The position numbers were made by a program, and so were the translations under genes. Shown here piece after piece: positions 34,385-45,925 of a DNA stretch of 64,000 bases; within the stretch, counting starts at the first letter, position 1, and every line of letters begins with the position of its first letter. The DNA lies in the NCBI GenBank assembly GCA_024346625.1, contig AP024664.1:3658001-3722000 (forward strand), given 5' to 3'. Under the pieces are notes generated by a model. The model had not been told where the DNA came from and did no database searches. It worked only from the letters and a program-made list of their open reading frames with translations. The DNA comes from Williopsis jadinii (Eukaryota).

Positions 34385-37300
34385 TTAGTGGCAAGTCAAA
34401 GTTTACCTAATCGTGAATTAACCAGGATTACTTTGAACAAGGCATTGTTGCCTTGGACATTGGAATCTGCAAGAGAATTTTTTAGTGACTTCCGCATTGT
34501 AGTAAATGTTTTGATTGATAGTAGTGAAGCTTTTGTTTGAAAGGGTATTAAATCTCACGTAACAAAGTTAATAGCAAAAAAAAGGAGTAAATCAGCTATA
34601 GCAGGGTTGCCAGTGTTCTAACAACTAGTTTTGCCATTGAAAGAACCTTAGTTTAACAGTGATCACCGGTTTAGATCACATTCATCGTACTACGGAACAG
34701 CTGGCTCGATGTTTACAACATATGCAAAGCTTCTCCTTAGTGGCACGATAATACTTCCTTTACATAACATACTTATTGTCCCTACGCACACTGCATCAGA
34801 TCTGTTTGTTGTACTGTTGGTTTGTCCTTTGAATTAGGAGAGCATGTGCACGTTGAGTCAATTAAACTCAGGAACCATCTACCCGTGCAGCAGTGCTCTT
34901 GTCTATCCTGAAAAATTTTCCTTATATAGTTTAACTTTGATGTAATTGACATTTGTCCAGGTTTCATTTTTGGAAAGGAGAAACTTTATCAGAAAAGTAA
35001 CATGTTTTTTATAAATTAAAAGGAATAAAGCGGCCCTAACCATCTGAAAATTGAATAATCATGCAGGAGTTTTTCCGATATGCCTGTGCATAATGGTCAC
35101 CCGGAAAAAAAGGTGGTCAGATTTTGTCGTCTTTCAGGAAGGCTGAACTGACATGCCTGCTTGCGGAAAAACATTTCTTATTGACGAAAGGCAAGGACAC
35201 GGAAAATTTGAATGTACGACTCATGAACCAACATGTACATGGGGCGGTAACCTTTTTCGGTACTGGACAAATCCTGTTTGTTAACACAATTGCGTCAATT
35301 GTCCACTCTCCTATATTCTGAATCGAAGACTAATGGCATCATGTCCGCTGTCCTGAAGTCAAGGGCCTCAGGTGCAGATCGCTGAAGGGTTGGCAGATTA
35401 AATTACGACAAACCATTCCCTAGTAATAGCAAAGTTGATAATGATCTATTTTGTTACTGATCACACGGAGTTTCAATCCGTGAATTTGTTAGAAGCGCCA
35501 CTCGAAGACTGAATTTCCTCGAGCGGTTGGCTTACAGATCTGTGACCAAAAAAGGCACAGTGTATCTCGAACGTCGAAAATCGATAATTTTGTTCTAAAT
35601 TGTAGATGTTGTGGCGCTCTTGTTATTCAAATTTGCTCATTTTGGAAGCTGGTCACAGCAGTAGTTTCTTTTTCGCTAAGCTTTCAGACACTGACTATCC
35701 CTCCATTGGTTCCACCCAACATCTCATATTTCGCGCACCTCGCCTGAATCTCAGTGAGTGTATGTTCCTATCAAATATGGTCTCTTAATTAAACTTTAGA
35801 CTCGCCGGAAAAATAAGGCTTGAGTTATTGACAGCAAATACTTGTGCACTGCATATATCACCAGATCTAGCTGCATCTGTGGCTAGTGAAGTTCTCTCTA
35901 TGTTGAAGTGGTTTATTCCTGATGTAGTTAAACGTCATTTAGACTTCTTGATACGTGGCTTTCGTTTCACTTTAACTCGAGGCGAACAATCTGTGCTTGC
36001 AATAATAACAAGGAAAAAGGCTAATCAAGGATATACTCTTTTATGTTTACACTCTCTATTCTCTTTTACTCTAGAGGCAGTATGTAGTACCAGTCACGTA
36101 GACTGAAGTGACATTTATAGTTGGATGCATTGTTGGCTCGACTCCAGAGTTCACTCATTATGGTGATAAAAGTTCCCACTGTGTTTACACAATGGAGTAT
36201 TGATATAGTTGAATAGTTTCATGTCCAATGTGCGATGGAAACTAATTGTCTAGTACTTGGCTTAATCCCACCTTAGTCGAAGCTTAAGGCGTTGCAACAC
36301 CCAATTGGCACTATCCGTATTTTTCGATCCTTCCGCACTTGTATTGCATGAGGTTGGGGATTAACTGGAATAGTACAAGATAGAGTTGAAGTTATGAAAC
36401 GTGTTAAGGCAGAAACCGTGGCGCTGGCTATAACAAGCCGCTGTTTGTTGCTTCTAGAATGTCCCATTATATCCATTATATACAACACAACGCATAATCC
36501 AGGTAACTCTACTAGTCCAGTTAATTGTTGTTTATCCCCATAAGTTAACATTCGTTTGAGAAAGTCTAAAACTTAGTTCTCTGCCGTTAAGGGTACATCT
36601 GTTCAAACCTTCATAGGTCATTTAGCCAGCCTGGCCATGGTTGGAATATATCTTGACGCAAAATGTTGACTGAGCTTTCTCCGTGTCCAATGTGTAGAAT
36701 TGTCCTGTTACAGCCTCGACCATGTACCTAAGGAGGTCTTTTAGATTAACTAATCACGGTTAACAGAATGGCATGTGAGTATTAATATACATCTGCTCAT
36801 GATTGAACGCTTTTGATCAGCATAAGTCCTCTGTTTTGATCTGGATACGAGACGTGATCATCAAGACGAATACTGAAAATAGCCGAGACTCAAGGAGCTA
36901 TGTTTATCCGAAGTGATATCCCACTAGTGGGAATTATCTGAGAGGAGTATGCAGCATAGAAGAGGGGTAAACACCTGTGCAACGGAGAGTGCTAGGAGGC
37001 GCAAATCAATTTATAGTCACTAAGAAATGTATAGTTGCCCCTCATCCAAAGAGATTTGATATGTACCCTTCATTACGAACGATGAACCCCCTGTCTGTCG
37101 AAGCGCACACAGAGCCTACCAATATACTTAAGAGGCAAAATAGACATGTACAAACCATTTTTTGCGGTAAACTGTACGAGATAGCTACATATTTACGCAT
37201 CCGGAAACCGTGAAATGTTATGCCCAGCTAACCGGTAGGCTAAGAATCCAGTGCCACGGAAAAATTTTGCAATCGAAAAAGAAATGACTGATTTCTCGAG

Positions 37301-38763
37301 CTAGATGAAGCTTTGTTGCAGATCATTGATTAGATTCAAATCTGTTGATTCAAGTCTGTCGATGATCTGATATAGCCAATAGTTCACTCAAGTATTGAAG
37401 ATATAATCCAAACAAAAGCATTGGGAAGTGAGAGTCCGGCGTTTGAATTAATCTTGTGGACTATCCGATTGCCCTTCTACATTCTGCGTAGTACATTCGC
37501 GATTACGCGATCGGCTCTAACTTTTGTATAGGTGTTCATTACAAACCTCGAATCTCCTCAATTGGAAGCTTGTGAATCATAACCAAACTAATTAACTCAT
37601 CGACTGGAAACCCCTCATATACCTATTCATCAAAATGGTATATATACTTACCAACCCTATAATGTCAGTTGCATTTGAGTAATTGTTCTCGAATACACTC
37701 CAAAGGCACTGTAATCGTGTAAGCGAAACCAGCGTTAAAAATAATATCTTGTTCCAGAATTCATATTCCAAGACTTGGATGCACTGTCAAAACTTTTAGT
37801 GACGAGGTAGCTCCTACTTACTGTGACATCTCCCTTTGGAATTGCTGAGCTCATTAAAGGTCCCTGGTGAACTAATTGAGCTTTCCGACGATCTGAGGAC
37901 TGGAATCTAACACCAGTCTGGATGCGGACTGTCGATAAAGCTGACCTAGCAATTGTTACAAAACATTCCACGTCTCAACAATTGAGGTTTTTAATAGTGA
38001 ATGGTTTGTGAATGCTATAGAACACTCTGTTTACACTTATTAAACTCGTAGAGTATTGCCAATAAACTGGGTCATGAATTTTAGAGATGACCTTTTGTCT
38101 CTACCGTTCAACAGAGACCCGTAAAGTGAGCGGGGCGAGACAGAAAAAAAAACATGTTGAGAGAACTTCCATGAGATATGGATATGACTCAATCTGGCAG
38201 CGCAGTAATGCATTTTGTGCTGATCATCTGGCCATTTCAAATGGATTGTATAGAGAGTCCACGATTGGTTTAACCCTTGACGCTAACAAAATCACGATCT
38301 TTATTTTATTCAAACTTTGTATGTCGCAGCATTGCAAACTTAGAACAAGCAACCATCCGTGGAAACTTGGGTTGAAAAGGCCAACAAATACGGGAACAAC
38401 GCAGGGCGATCCGAAAATGTCCCAATTTTAAGGAAAATGTCCTGTCTTCAAAGGTGTGGCCTCATCGGACAAAATCCATGTTGGAAAAGGGCTGATATAC
38501 GCAACATTATGTCTGGACATGCAATGTGTCGTCTGTTTAAAATTTCACGGCAAAATTTGGAACGACAACAAAGACGTGCTGCAAGTCGAAATTTGTGACG
38601 AGGGTGTTTGAGATGATCTGGGAAATGGTATTTAAAAGGGAGCAACCACCCCTTACTAGTAGGAAATGAAAGGCCTCTTATTCTGTATAATTATCAATCC
38701 ACTACAAGGATCTGAAAGTGTTCTCAAACATCTCAACACTCAACTCACACTCTGTTTATAATA

Positions 38764-39528
38764 ATGGCTGCAAGTTTTGAAGACATCACCAACTTTGACT
38801 GGAACAACCTCTCTGAGCAGCGTCTCAAACAAGAAACCGAATCTGAATGGTTTGATAAGTTGATCAACACAGAAACCGCAGCTTCTTCTGTGTCAACCAC
38901 CACAGCCACTTCACCATTGGAGTTCTCCTCTTTGTTTGACATTGAAGAGGATGTTAGTGGGAAGAGCATGTTTTCGTCAACAGCAACATCATTGGACAAC
39001 ACACCAGTGATCAAGGCGGAGGACATGGTGCTCCCAGTCCCACAGCTAGACATGCTTGAGGATAATGCTAGCTTTACAAGAAACAACTCCATATCCTCGA
39101 TGTGTTCACTTGGTTCCGAAGAAGAACAATCAACGAATTCAACTACGGTGGCAAGTGCCACGGAAACAACAGCTACAAAGGCATCCAAGCCAAAGAAGAA
39201 AAGAGCCCCAAGAAAGAGACTCACAGCTCATCAGAAGCAGGCACATAACAAAATTGAAAAGCGTTACAGAATCAACATCAATGCTAAGATTGCCGGGTTG
39301 CAACAGATTATTCCATGTCTCCGTACTGAAAAGACAGCCTTCGAGATTGGCGACGGCCAGAAGCCAGACGAAACCGTTGATGTACCGCGTTTGAATAAGA
39401 GTATGATTTTGGAAAAGGCTACTGGTTATATCCTTCAGTTACAGGAGAACGAAAAGAAGATGCAAGAAGAATTGATCCAATTGAGAAGTGAGATCTTGAA
39501 GCTTGGAGGCACAGTCCCAAGTATGTGA
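38764..39528 (+). CDS. TYE7: SREBP-type bHLH transcription factor, Tye7-like
   Basis: RKRLTAHQKQAHNKIEKRYRININAKIAGLQQIIP...LNKSMILEKATGYI. Confidence 0.85.
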   Translation: MAASFEDITNFDWNNLSEQRLKQETESEWFDKLINTETAASSVSTTTATSPLEFSSLFDIEEDVSGKSMFSSTATSLDNTPVIKAEDMVLPVPQLDMLEDNASFTRNNSISSMCSLGSEEEQSTNSTTVASATETTATKASKPKKKRAPRKRLTAHQKQAHNKIEKRYRININAKIAGLQQIIPCLRTEKTAFEIGDGQKPDETVDVPRLNKSMILEKATGYILQLQENEKKMQEELIQLRSEILKLGGTVPSM

Positions 39529-42500
39529 AGGGTACGTGGTTATTGGTGTGTGTATGTGTGTTTTTTTCGTTGACGAAGTGCTCACCTTTTTCTTCCATCT
39601 TTGGTATTATGGTTTGTTGTTTCAATTCAATTTTGGGTGTGAATAGCCCCTTTGTTATGTGTTCACGGTTTAATGTATAGAGTTTTTTAAGTCTTAGAGT
39701 TTACCTCCAATTGTAATTGACTGTAAAGACCAATAGTACTACACTATGTGCTAGGTTTCAATGCTCGTTGTGAATGAGTTGGATATGCCTTTTGGGGGAC
39801 AGCTGTCTGTCTGTCTGTTGACTTGAAGCACATGGTCGCTGTATTTGATCTAATTGATTCGCCGCCTACACAAGCCTTGAAAGTACCAAATTTCACACTG
39901 CTCTATGAATAAAGTTTGAACTCCTTGCGCCTTATTACATCAAGGTAGTTTTGTTGAATGCTAATAAGAATTCCACGTGCGGTAGTTGAAGTAGATAAAC
40001 ATACAGCCAGACAAAATTAGTGTCAAAAAATTCTAGATCTTGACACGGCTACCATATGTAGAAGGTTCGATTTCCTAAAAATAATCAATTCGGCAATCTT
40101 TTGAGGTACTGGGGATGGATGAGTAGTGTACAGTATAGCAATTTGATTCATTGCTTGAATTGCAGTTAACTTTAATCCTCCCAACCATGGTGGATCGGTA
40201 CACCCGCAAAGCAAGGTGTAAGTTGCCTATATCCCGAACATGAAGCAAAAATTGGCTTTGCTATATGCGAATTAGAGGGGTTTCCTAACTTTGGAGCAAG
40301 GTTAACACCAATACATGTTCATGTATAATCTGGGCATTAACTTCTGTATAAAATTACACACCTTTATTGGTTTTAGTTACCTGACTCCTTATCAAACCTC
40401 ATGATTTCATTGCTTGGCTTCAGATCTTTCTGAATATCTCTCACAGCTTTCGCAATCACATGTGTAAATCTTTGCTGTGGTTAATGCAGTTGAAGTGCAG
40501 AAAAATAAGACAACCACTAAATAAGGTTGGCACAAAAATTACCGCTGTTGCTGTACCTTTTGTTGTACCAATCAAGTGTCGATCGCTCTGGAGGGGCCCT
40601 CCACCCTCCAAAGAAATGCCCACCAAAGTTCTGGCCAACTAGCTTAATTAAATGCACCAGTCGTAGATCCAATCCATGAGGAATACACATCAAGGAGCAA
40701 ACTTGGAATCCCATAGAACTCTAACACATGCTTTCAAATTGTCCCAAGAAAGAAGGGGGGAAAAAAAGAAAAGAGAGCTGAGGCTGCAGAACCGTGGGTA
40801 TCAAATATATGTAACTGCAAAAAAAATAAGTCAATGGGTTGGGTGAGAGTTGAACAGGCCGTATCCGCGATGTTCTATTGTTTTCCAAAAGTTCCTTGAA
40901 TACTGAATGAAATTACAAAGGCCTTCAAAGTTGAGATTTGACTTTTGAATTAGGACCGAACACATGTATAAAGTCGCTTTTAAATTATGATCGTCAAATT
41001 ACGAAACCCAAACTTACAACATTTGACATAGCACATGCCTTATTGTTCAAGCAAATCGGCCTTAAGACGATGTACAAATTGCAATCATTTGGCACTTGAT
41101 GTTCAACAGTGTATGATTCAAGCAGTTGATAAAATAACTGAATAATATATCCTTCTATTTGTTCTGGGTTCAGTTGAGGAGATAATCCAGTCTCGTTATT
41201 CACTAAATATCCATTGGCGAAGCAACCATTTAGATTCCATCAGCGATAAACAAAACACACTGTGTATCTTGTTTGTGTCCTCCTCCCCCTCCCCCTTAAT
41301 AAAAATTGCGAGGAGTTCTGGAGTTAGGAACAACCTCCACCAAGGATCAATTTCACAACTCTATGTGGGAAAGAACCTTAAAATACAGAGCTTATTGTGA
41401 TTTTAAGGGAGGAAGAACATCTAGGGCGTGTGGATTATGTAACTTATCAGGTGCAAGCATGTAAGGTTAATCATAACCTGATAACTACTTGATCTACATT
41501 TACTGTACTGTTGCTTCTGTTCTTTTCAATTGTCCAGTGGAAGCTTTGGGGACTTTTGTTATCGGGATGTCTTCTAGGATTCGATTTGGTCCGTTTTGGT
41601 TGTACCGAATAGATTATCCAAATATAACCTGGAGATACCCCCCCCCCCGAATACCATGATACATAACAATAAGGTATGATCTGCAAAATGTATGGGCTTA
41701 TCTCGATGTATAGCTCATGCACTCCATAGTCGGCCAACACATGCTTCCAACTGTGAAGGTACTGTTTTATAATTTATTTCCGAAACCGATAGCGATCTTG
41801 TTCAATGACTATCTCAAAATCTACACCAAAGCTCAATCGCTCTAATTGTATGGTCCATGCTATTTTTGACGATGTATTCCTTGCTGTTATTACCGTAGCC
41901 ATACTCAGGTTTGTCAACGATGTAGTGAAGTGGACGGATCCTTGGATACTACCTACTCCCAGTCACTCAGCGTCTGTTATTCATGAATATCAGATTTCAC
42001 GATGGATTCACTCAACATGCCTTATTAAGACCCGTTCCTTGGACCCGTATTAGATAGTCTATTTGAAGTTTATGCTAACAGTTCAACTGCAACAAACAGA
42101 TATTATGTTTCTCCAAAAAGCGGGTGTCCTTTTCACAGTTGGTCCAGTTTGTTTGAACACTCTATTGCAGGGGTTGTTGTTCATAGTTCAACTACAAACC
42201 AATTTTGACACTTATTGAATTGGCAAATAATATCAGTATATGATAGTGACAAAGAGAGCATAGTGATGGGCACCTTTGCTGTAGTTGCATTATATATTTA
42301 TTCTTGGCCTAATCTTATACCCTTGAATTGAACAAATAGATCACATACTTGCATTCAATTATACATGTCCGATGTCTAGTACTGAGAGAGATTCAATGTG
42401 GTATTATTATGGCGTTTACTGTGGTGGCGTACAATGGCAATATTGCTAGTGTGGAATTGGTCGGCATAGACCGCCTCGGGAAGGGAGCGTAAAGCTTAAA

Positions 42501-42951
42501 GTTGTCTATGAAGAAACTACTAAAAGAGTACGGAAACAAAAATTCTATATCAACCTCTCCATCATTCCACAGTTCCCAGTTCAGTCAACGGTAAGTCTGC
42601 CGTTTTTAAATACCGAGCGTATGAGTCTGTTGGACTCGCTTTTGTTTTGATGGCTAATATAACAACCATTCAAATCTCTATGCAACTCTGCAATTAGCCT
42701 CTGAAAAGCAGCTGCATGGTCCATGTATCTATTTATCCGGTACATTATTTCAGCCCTGCAGGCGTTTACCTTTATGCTTGTATCCGGAAGAATACCTACA
42801 TAATATCGCATAGTGAAAGAATAAACTATGCTCTACTGTATCCTTTGATATGAGGGGGTTTAAGTTTTCAAAGAGTAGTAGAATACACAAATAGCTTGGG
42901 GTATTAATTGCTAAATATAAACTCAGGAAATAGGTCGTCTGTTGTAAACCT

Positions 42952-44286
42952 TCAATCCAAAAGGAAGTTCAGCTCAGCTGGTAAATCATCTGGGTTGCCA
43001 CATGCCTCTGCATAAGTGACGCCATTAAGTCTGTCCTCTATATACTTTTCAAACTCATCAACTGTGCAACTATATCCTGGACCGGAACTTATTGATGTGA
43101 TTGGAATAACTGCATCGTTGTGTTTCACCCTGACATAGCTTTCGTTAGAACATTGAAGTTTCTCGAAAATTAATCTTGAACCCATAGGGTTGATATTGGA
43201 AACTTTCCACAAGTGATTGAAACTTTGATGATCCAATGGCAGCTCTCCATCATAAATGCCTAGTGTTGAAACAATAAAGAATATGTCGGTGTCATGAGCA
43301 AATGTCATTGTTAAGTTTCGAGTATCATCTTTGAAAAGGTCAATGACAGCATTAACGAATACTGATCCAACAGGGACACTTAGATTATAACCCGGTCCCT
43401 TGTGGTAATAATAATCCACATCATTCGCGTATGATCTTGCAAGTAGCTCGTCCGTTGTGAATATCTCACAAATGGCTGATTTTCCTGCGGTAGTTAGATC
43501 AAAACCACAGTAGTTAAATAGAGCCTCCACTTCCTTTGTTGTTAAGTTCAAACCTGGAGTCTCTTTGTTTAGTCTCTTTGCAGTGGTTTTCAAATAATCA
43601 TCTGATAAAGTGTCGATTAGATCGTCATTCAAAGTCTTGTTGTAGTTTCTGCAAGAAGTAATTGGTGTTAAGGAATTTGCACCCAAATTTTCATCGTCTT
43701 CATCAATGATAACTAACGATGAGTTGTCAATCTTCTTGCCCAAGAAACCTTCAGCAAATTTTCTAGCAGAAACCACAACTCTCTCCTGTGAGGCTGTGTA
43801 AAAAACAAGATCATCAGCATCATCACTTACCAAGTGATCATAAGTGTTTCTAAAGGCTTCACCAAATTTGTACATGTCACCAAGACCGGCATAAGGGCCT
43901 TTAAAGGTCTCATCATCATATCTCTCCGGATCAAGACCGCTGAAATCATAACTTGGCAAGAATGATAGTGGACCATTGAGATCATCAGTGATGTTGTATC
44001 TTATTCTTTTCAGACCTTTTTCAATAGATTCACCTTTGCTTTTTGTTGGGTAACGTTCACCATGACGAGCAATAAAAACCACCTGTTCCAATTCACATCC
44101 ATAAGGAACGTCAGGATCAATTCCATGACCTGGTTGTTGAACATAGGGAGACGCAGTTCCTAGGAAGCGTAGGACATTAAACTGATCCAATGCCTGTTGA
44201 TCATATGGTTTGCTGTTGAAGTCGATAGGGAAAGCACATGCGGCTGCTGCAAACAAGACAACTGGCGACAAAAACATCATTTCCAA
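42952..44286 (-). CDS. Secreted histidine acid phosphatase/phytase (Pho5/Pho3 family)
   Basis: Signal peptide, RHGERYP and FAHDTD catalytic motifs; CACGTT Pho4-type site upstream. Confidence 0.93.
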   Translation of the reverse strand: MEMMFLSPVVLFAAAACAFPIDFNSKPYDQQALDQFNVLRFLGTASPYVQQPGHGIDPDVPYGCELEQVVFIARHGERYPTKSKGESIEKGLKRIRYNITDDLNGPLSFLPSYDFSGLDPERYDDETFKGPYAGLGDMYKFGEAFRNTYDHLVSDDADDLVFYTASQERVVVSARKFAEGFLGKKIDNSSLVIIDEDDENLGANSLTPITSCRNYNKTLNDDLIDTLSDDYLKTTAKRLNKETPGLNLTTKEVEALFNYCGFDLTTAGKSAICEIFTTDELLARSYANDVDYYYHKGPGYNLSVPVGSVFVNAVIDLFKDDTRNLTMTFAHDTDIFFIVSTLGIYDGELPLDHQSFNHLWKVSNINPMGSRLIFEKLQCSNESYVRVKHNDAVIPITSISSGPGYSCTVDEFEKYIEDRLNGVTYAEACGNPDDLPAELNFLLD

Positions 44287-44517
44287 ATTTCTATTTGAAG
44301 TAGAGATGACACGAGATGATTCTCCTTAAATTTGCAGGAAAAATACTTCGACGATACCCTATATATATACCCTTCTTTGTAGCGTCGATCAACAGGGCAG
44401 ATGTGAGGTTAAGATCACCACGAGCACATGGCCCACGTTTTCAGTAATTAGAAGTGTAATGCGAGTGCACAAGCGGGATAAATGCAGATGCGTTGATATA
44501 CGTATGCTCCTAGTTGA

Positions 44518-44668
44518 TATCCTATGAGATGCTGGATTGTTCATGAAAATTTGCCCTTTTGTTCCCTGTTAGAAAGTCCAGGAGATAGCAAAAAGGTAGT
44601 GATTTCCTTAGAGGAGAACGCACTCCTTGTGTATGTCTTACTGAGAAGCGACAAGACATTTGATGATG
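44518..44668 (-). ncRNA. Putative omegaRNA (scaffold to 44538 plus flanking guide) of element copy 2
   Basis: Overlaps the ORF 3' end; stems ATGTCTT/AAGACAT, AGGAG/CTCCT and CCTTTT..TCCTG/CAGGG..AAAAGG; conserved in copy 1. Confidence 0.55.
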
Positions 44669-45317
44669 GTGTTGCGCGCACCGTTGATGTCGCGGTCGAC
44701 AAACAGGTTGCACGAGGCACAGCGGAATGTGCGGTCGGCCAGAGACAGTGTGTCTTTTATCGTCCCGCAGCCAGTGCATACCTTGCACGTGTACTCTTCA
44801 GTCACTCGCGAGAGGCGTGTCCGCTTGACTTGACATTTGAAGGCCAAACGCTGGTGGATTAGGGAGAAACAACATGAACTGGAGGACAAGATGCGACAAT
44901 TTACGAGTGTGTTTTGGGTAGATGTCGATGAACTCAGCAATGTGTTTCGCGGTTGCATGCGTGCCCGGACGAGGTGGGAAAGACACAAGCCCTCCAGCTG
45001 CGTGAACGACTGGTGGTGAGTAGATGGTCTACACTGGCTCATGATGATGAGAACGTCTGGTCTCTTCTGGACTAGATGGTATACAATACGAGCGAGATAG
45101 GGAGCTTGCTAAGTGTCTGTTGTATGTTTCGTAAAACTTTCCCAACTGGAAGGGCTTGAATTTCTAGGGCTGAATTGCCCATATTGGACACTTTTGCTGT
45201 CATTTTGCTGTGCCTTTTCGTGCCCCGACGGCAGTTTCACATTGAGCGCAAAAGTCTACAAAAGTCTACAAACGGAAGGACACCGTTTTGGGGCAACAGT
45301 TGTAACCTTCCCTTTCA
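44538..45317 (-). mobile_element. Internally deleted Fanzor2/IS607-TnpB-family element, copy 2
   Basis: Contains a TnpB/Fanzor C-terminus; both ends are homologous to 1796-2661; left end carries AAAAGTCTAC x2 and TTTTGCTGT x2 direct repeats. Confidence 0.88.
44638..45042 (-). pseudogene. Truncated Fanzor2/TnpB nuclease (RuvC-II Glu, Zn ribbon, RuvC-III Asp; no RuvC-I)
   Basis: HQRLAFKCQ...RVTEEYTCKVCTGCG...RTFRCASCNLFVDRDINGARNTI matches the V.E.YTS..C..CG...F.C..C....DRD.NGARNI pattern. Confidence 0.88.
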
Positions 45318-45526
45318 GAGCAAAGTGTACAGTGAAGCTTGGCTCATCTTGGACCTGTACGCTTGTAGAGAATGCCACAACTGTACACCATTGTTTGTCG
45401 AGTGACACATCCGTATAGATGCAGTCTACAAAGAACAGGCTACCAAATCATCCTCATTCGATTATAATAAGGGGGTATTAAAAATAATATAACACGTTTA
45501 AAATAGACGAAGCAAAACTAGTCCGC

Positions 45527-45925
45527 TTAGATCAAGAACATAGCGACACCAGCAGCGATGGCACCAGCAGCCTTCAATTGAGCACCAGCACCGGTCTGAG
45601 TCTCGATAGTAGCAGTGGTAGCTTGGACTTGACCGTCAGTGATTTGGGAAACAACCTCAAGAGTGGTCTCCTCAGCAGCCTCAGTAGCAGTGGTGGCTTG
45701 GACTTGACCGTCAGTGATTTGGGAAACAACCTCAACAGTAGCTGCAGTGGTCTCCTCAGCAGCCTCAGTGGCGGTGGTGGCTTGGACTTGGCCATCGGTG
45801 ATTTGGGAAACAACCTCAACGGAAGCCTCGGTACCGGTGGTGGCTTGGATTTGACCATCACTGATTTGAGAAACAGCTTGAGCGAGAGCGACGGAGGCAA
45901 GGGTAGCGAAAGTAAGGAATTGCAT
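45527..45925 (-). CDS. GPI-type cell wall protein with four PIR repeats (Cwp2-like)
   Basis: [16 protein letters not shown] signal, four SQI(S/T)DGQ(I/V)QAT repeats, hydrophobic C-terminus AAGVAMFLI. Confidence 0.88.
   Translation of the reverse strand: MQFLTFATLASVALAQAVSQISDGQIQATTGTEASVEVVSQITDGQVQATTATEAAEETTAATVEVVSQITDGQVQATTATEAAEETTLEVVSQITDGQVQATTATIETQTGAGAQLKAAGAIAAGVAMFLI

Noticed and set aside
36919..36932. 14-bp perfect palindrome TCCCACTAGTGGGA
   Set aside because: Isolated; a few palindromes of this size are expected by chance in 64 kb.
45423..45432. Extra AGTCTACAAA copy about 100 bp outside the element left end
   Set aside because: Not present beside copy 1; a single 10-mer is not enough to extend the boundary.
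45610..45880. Regularly spaced direct repeats resembling a CRISPR-like array
   Set aside because: They are in-frame PIR peptide repeats of the cell wall protein.
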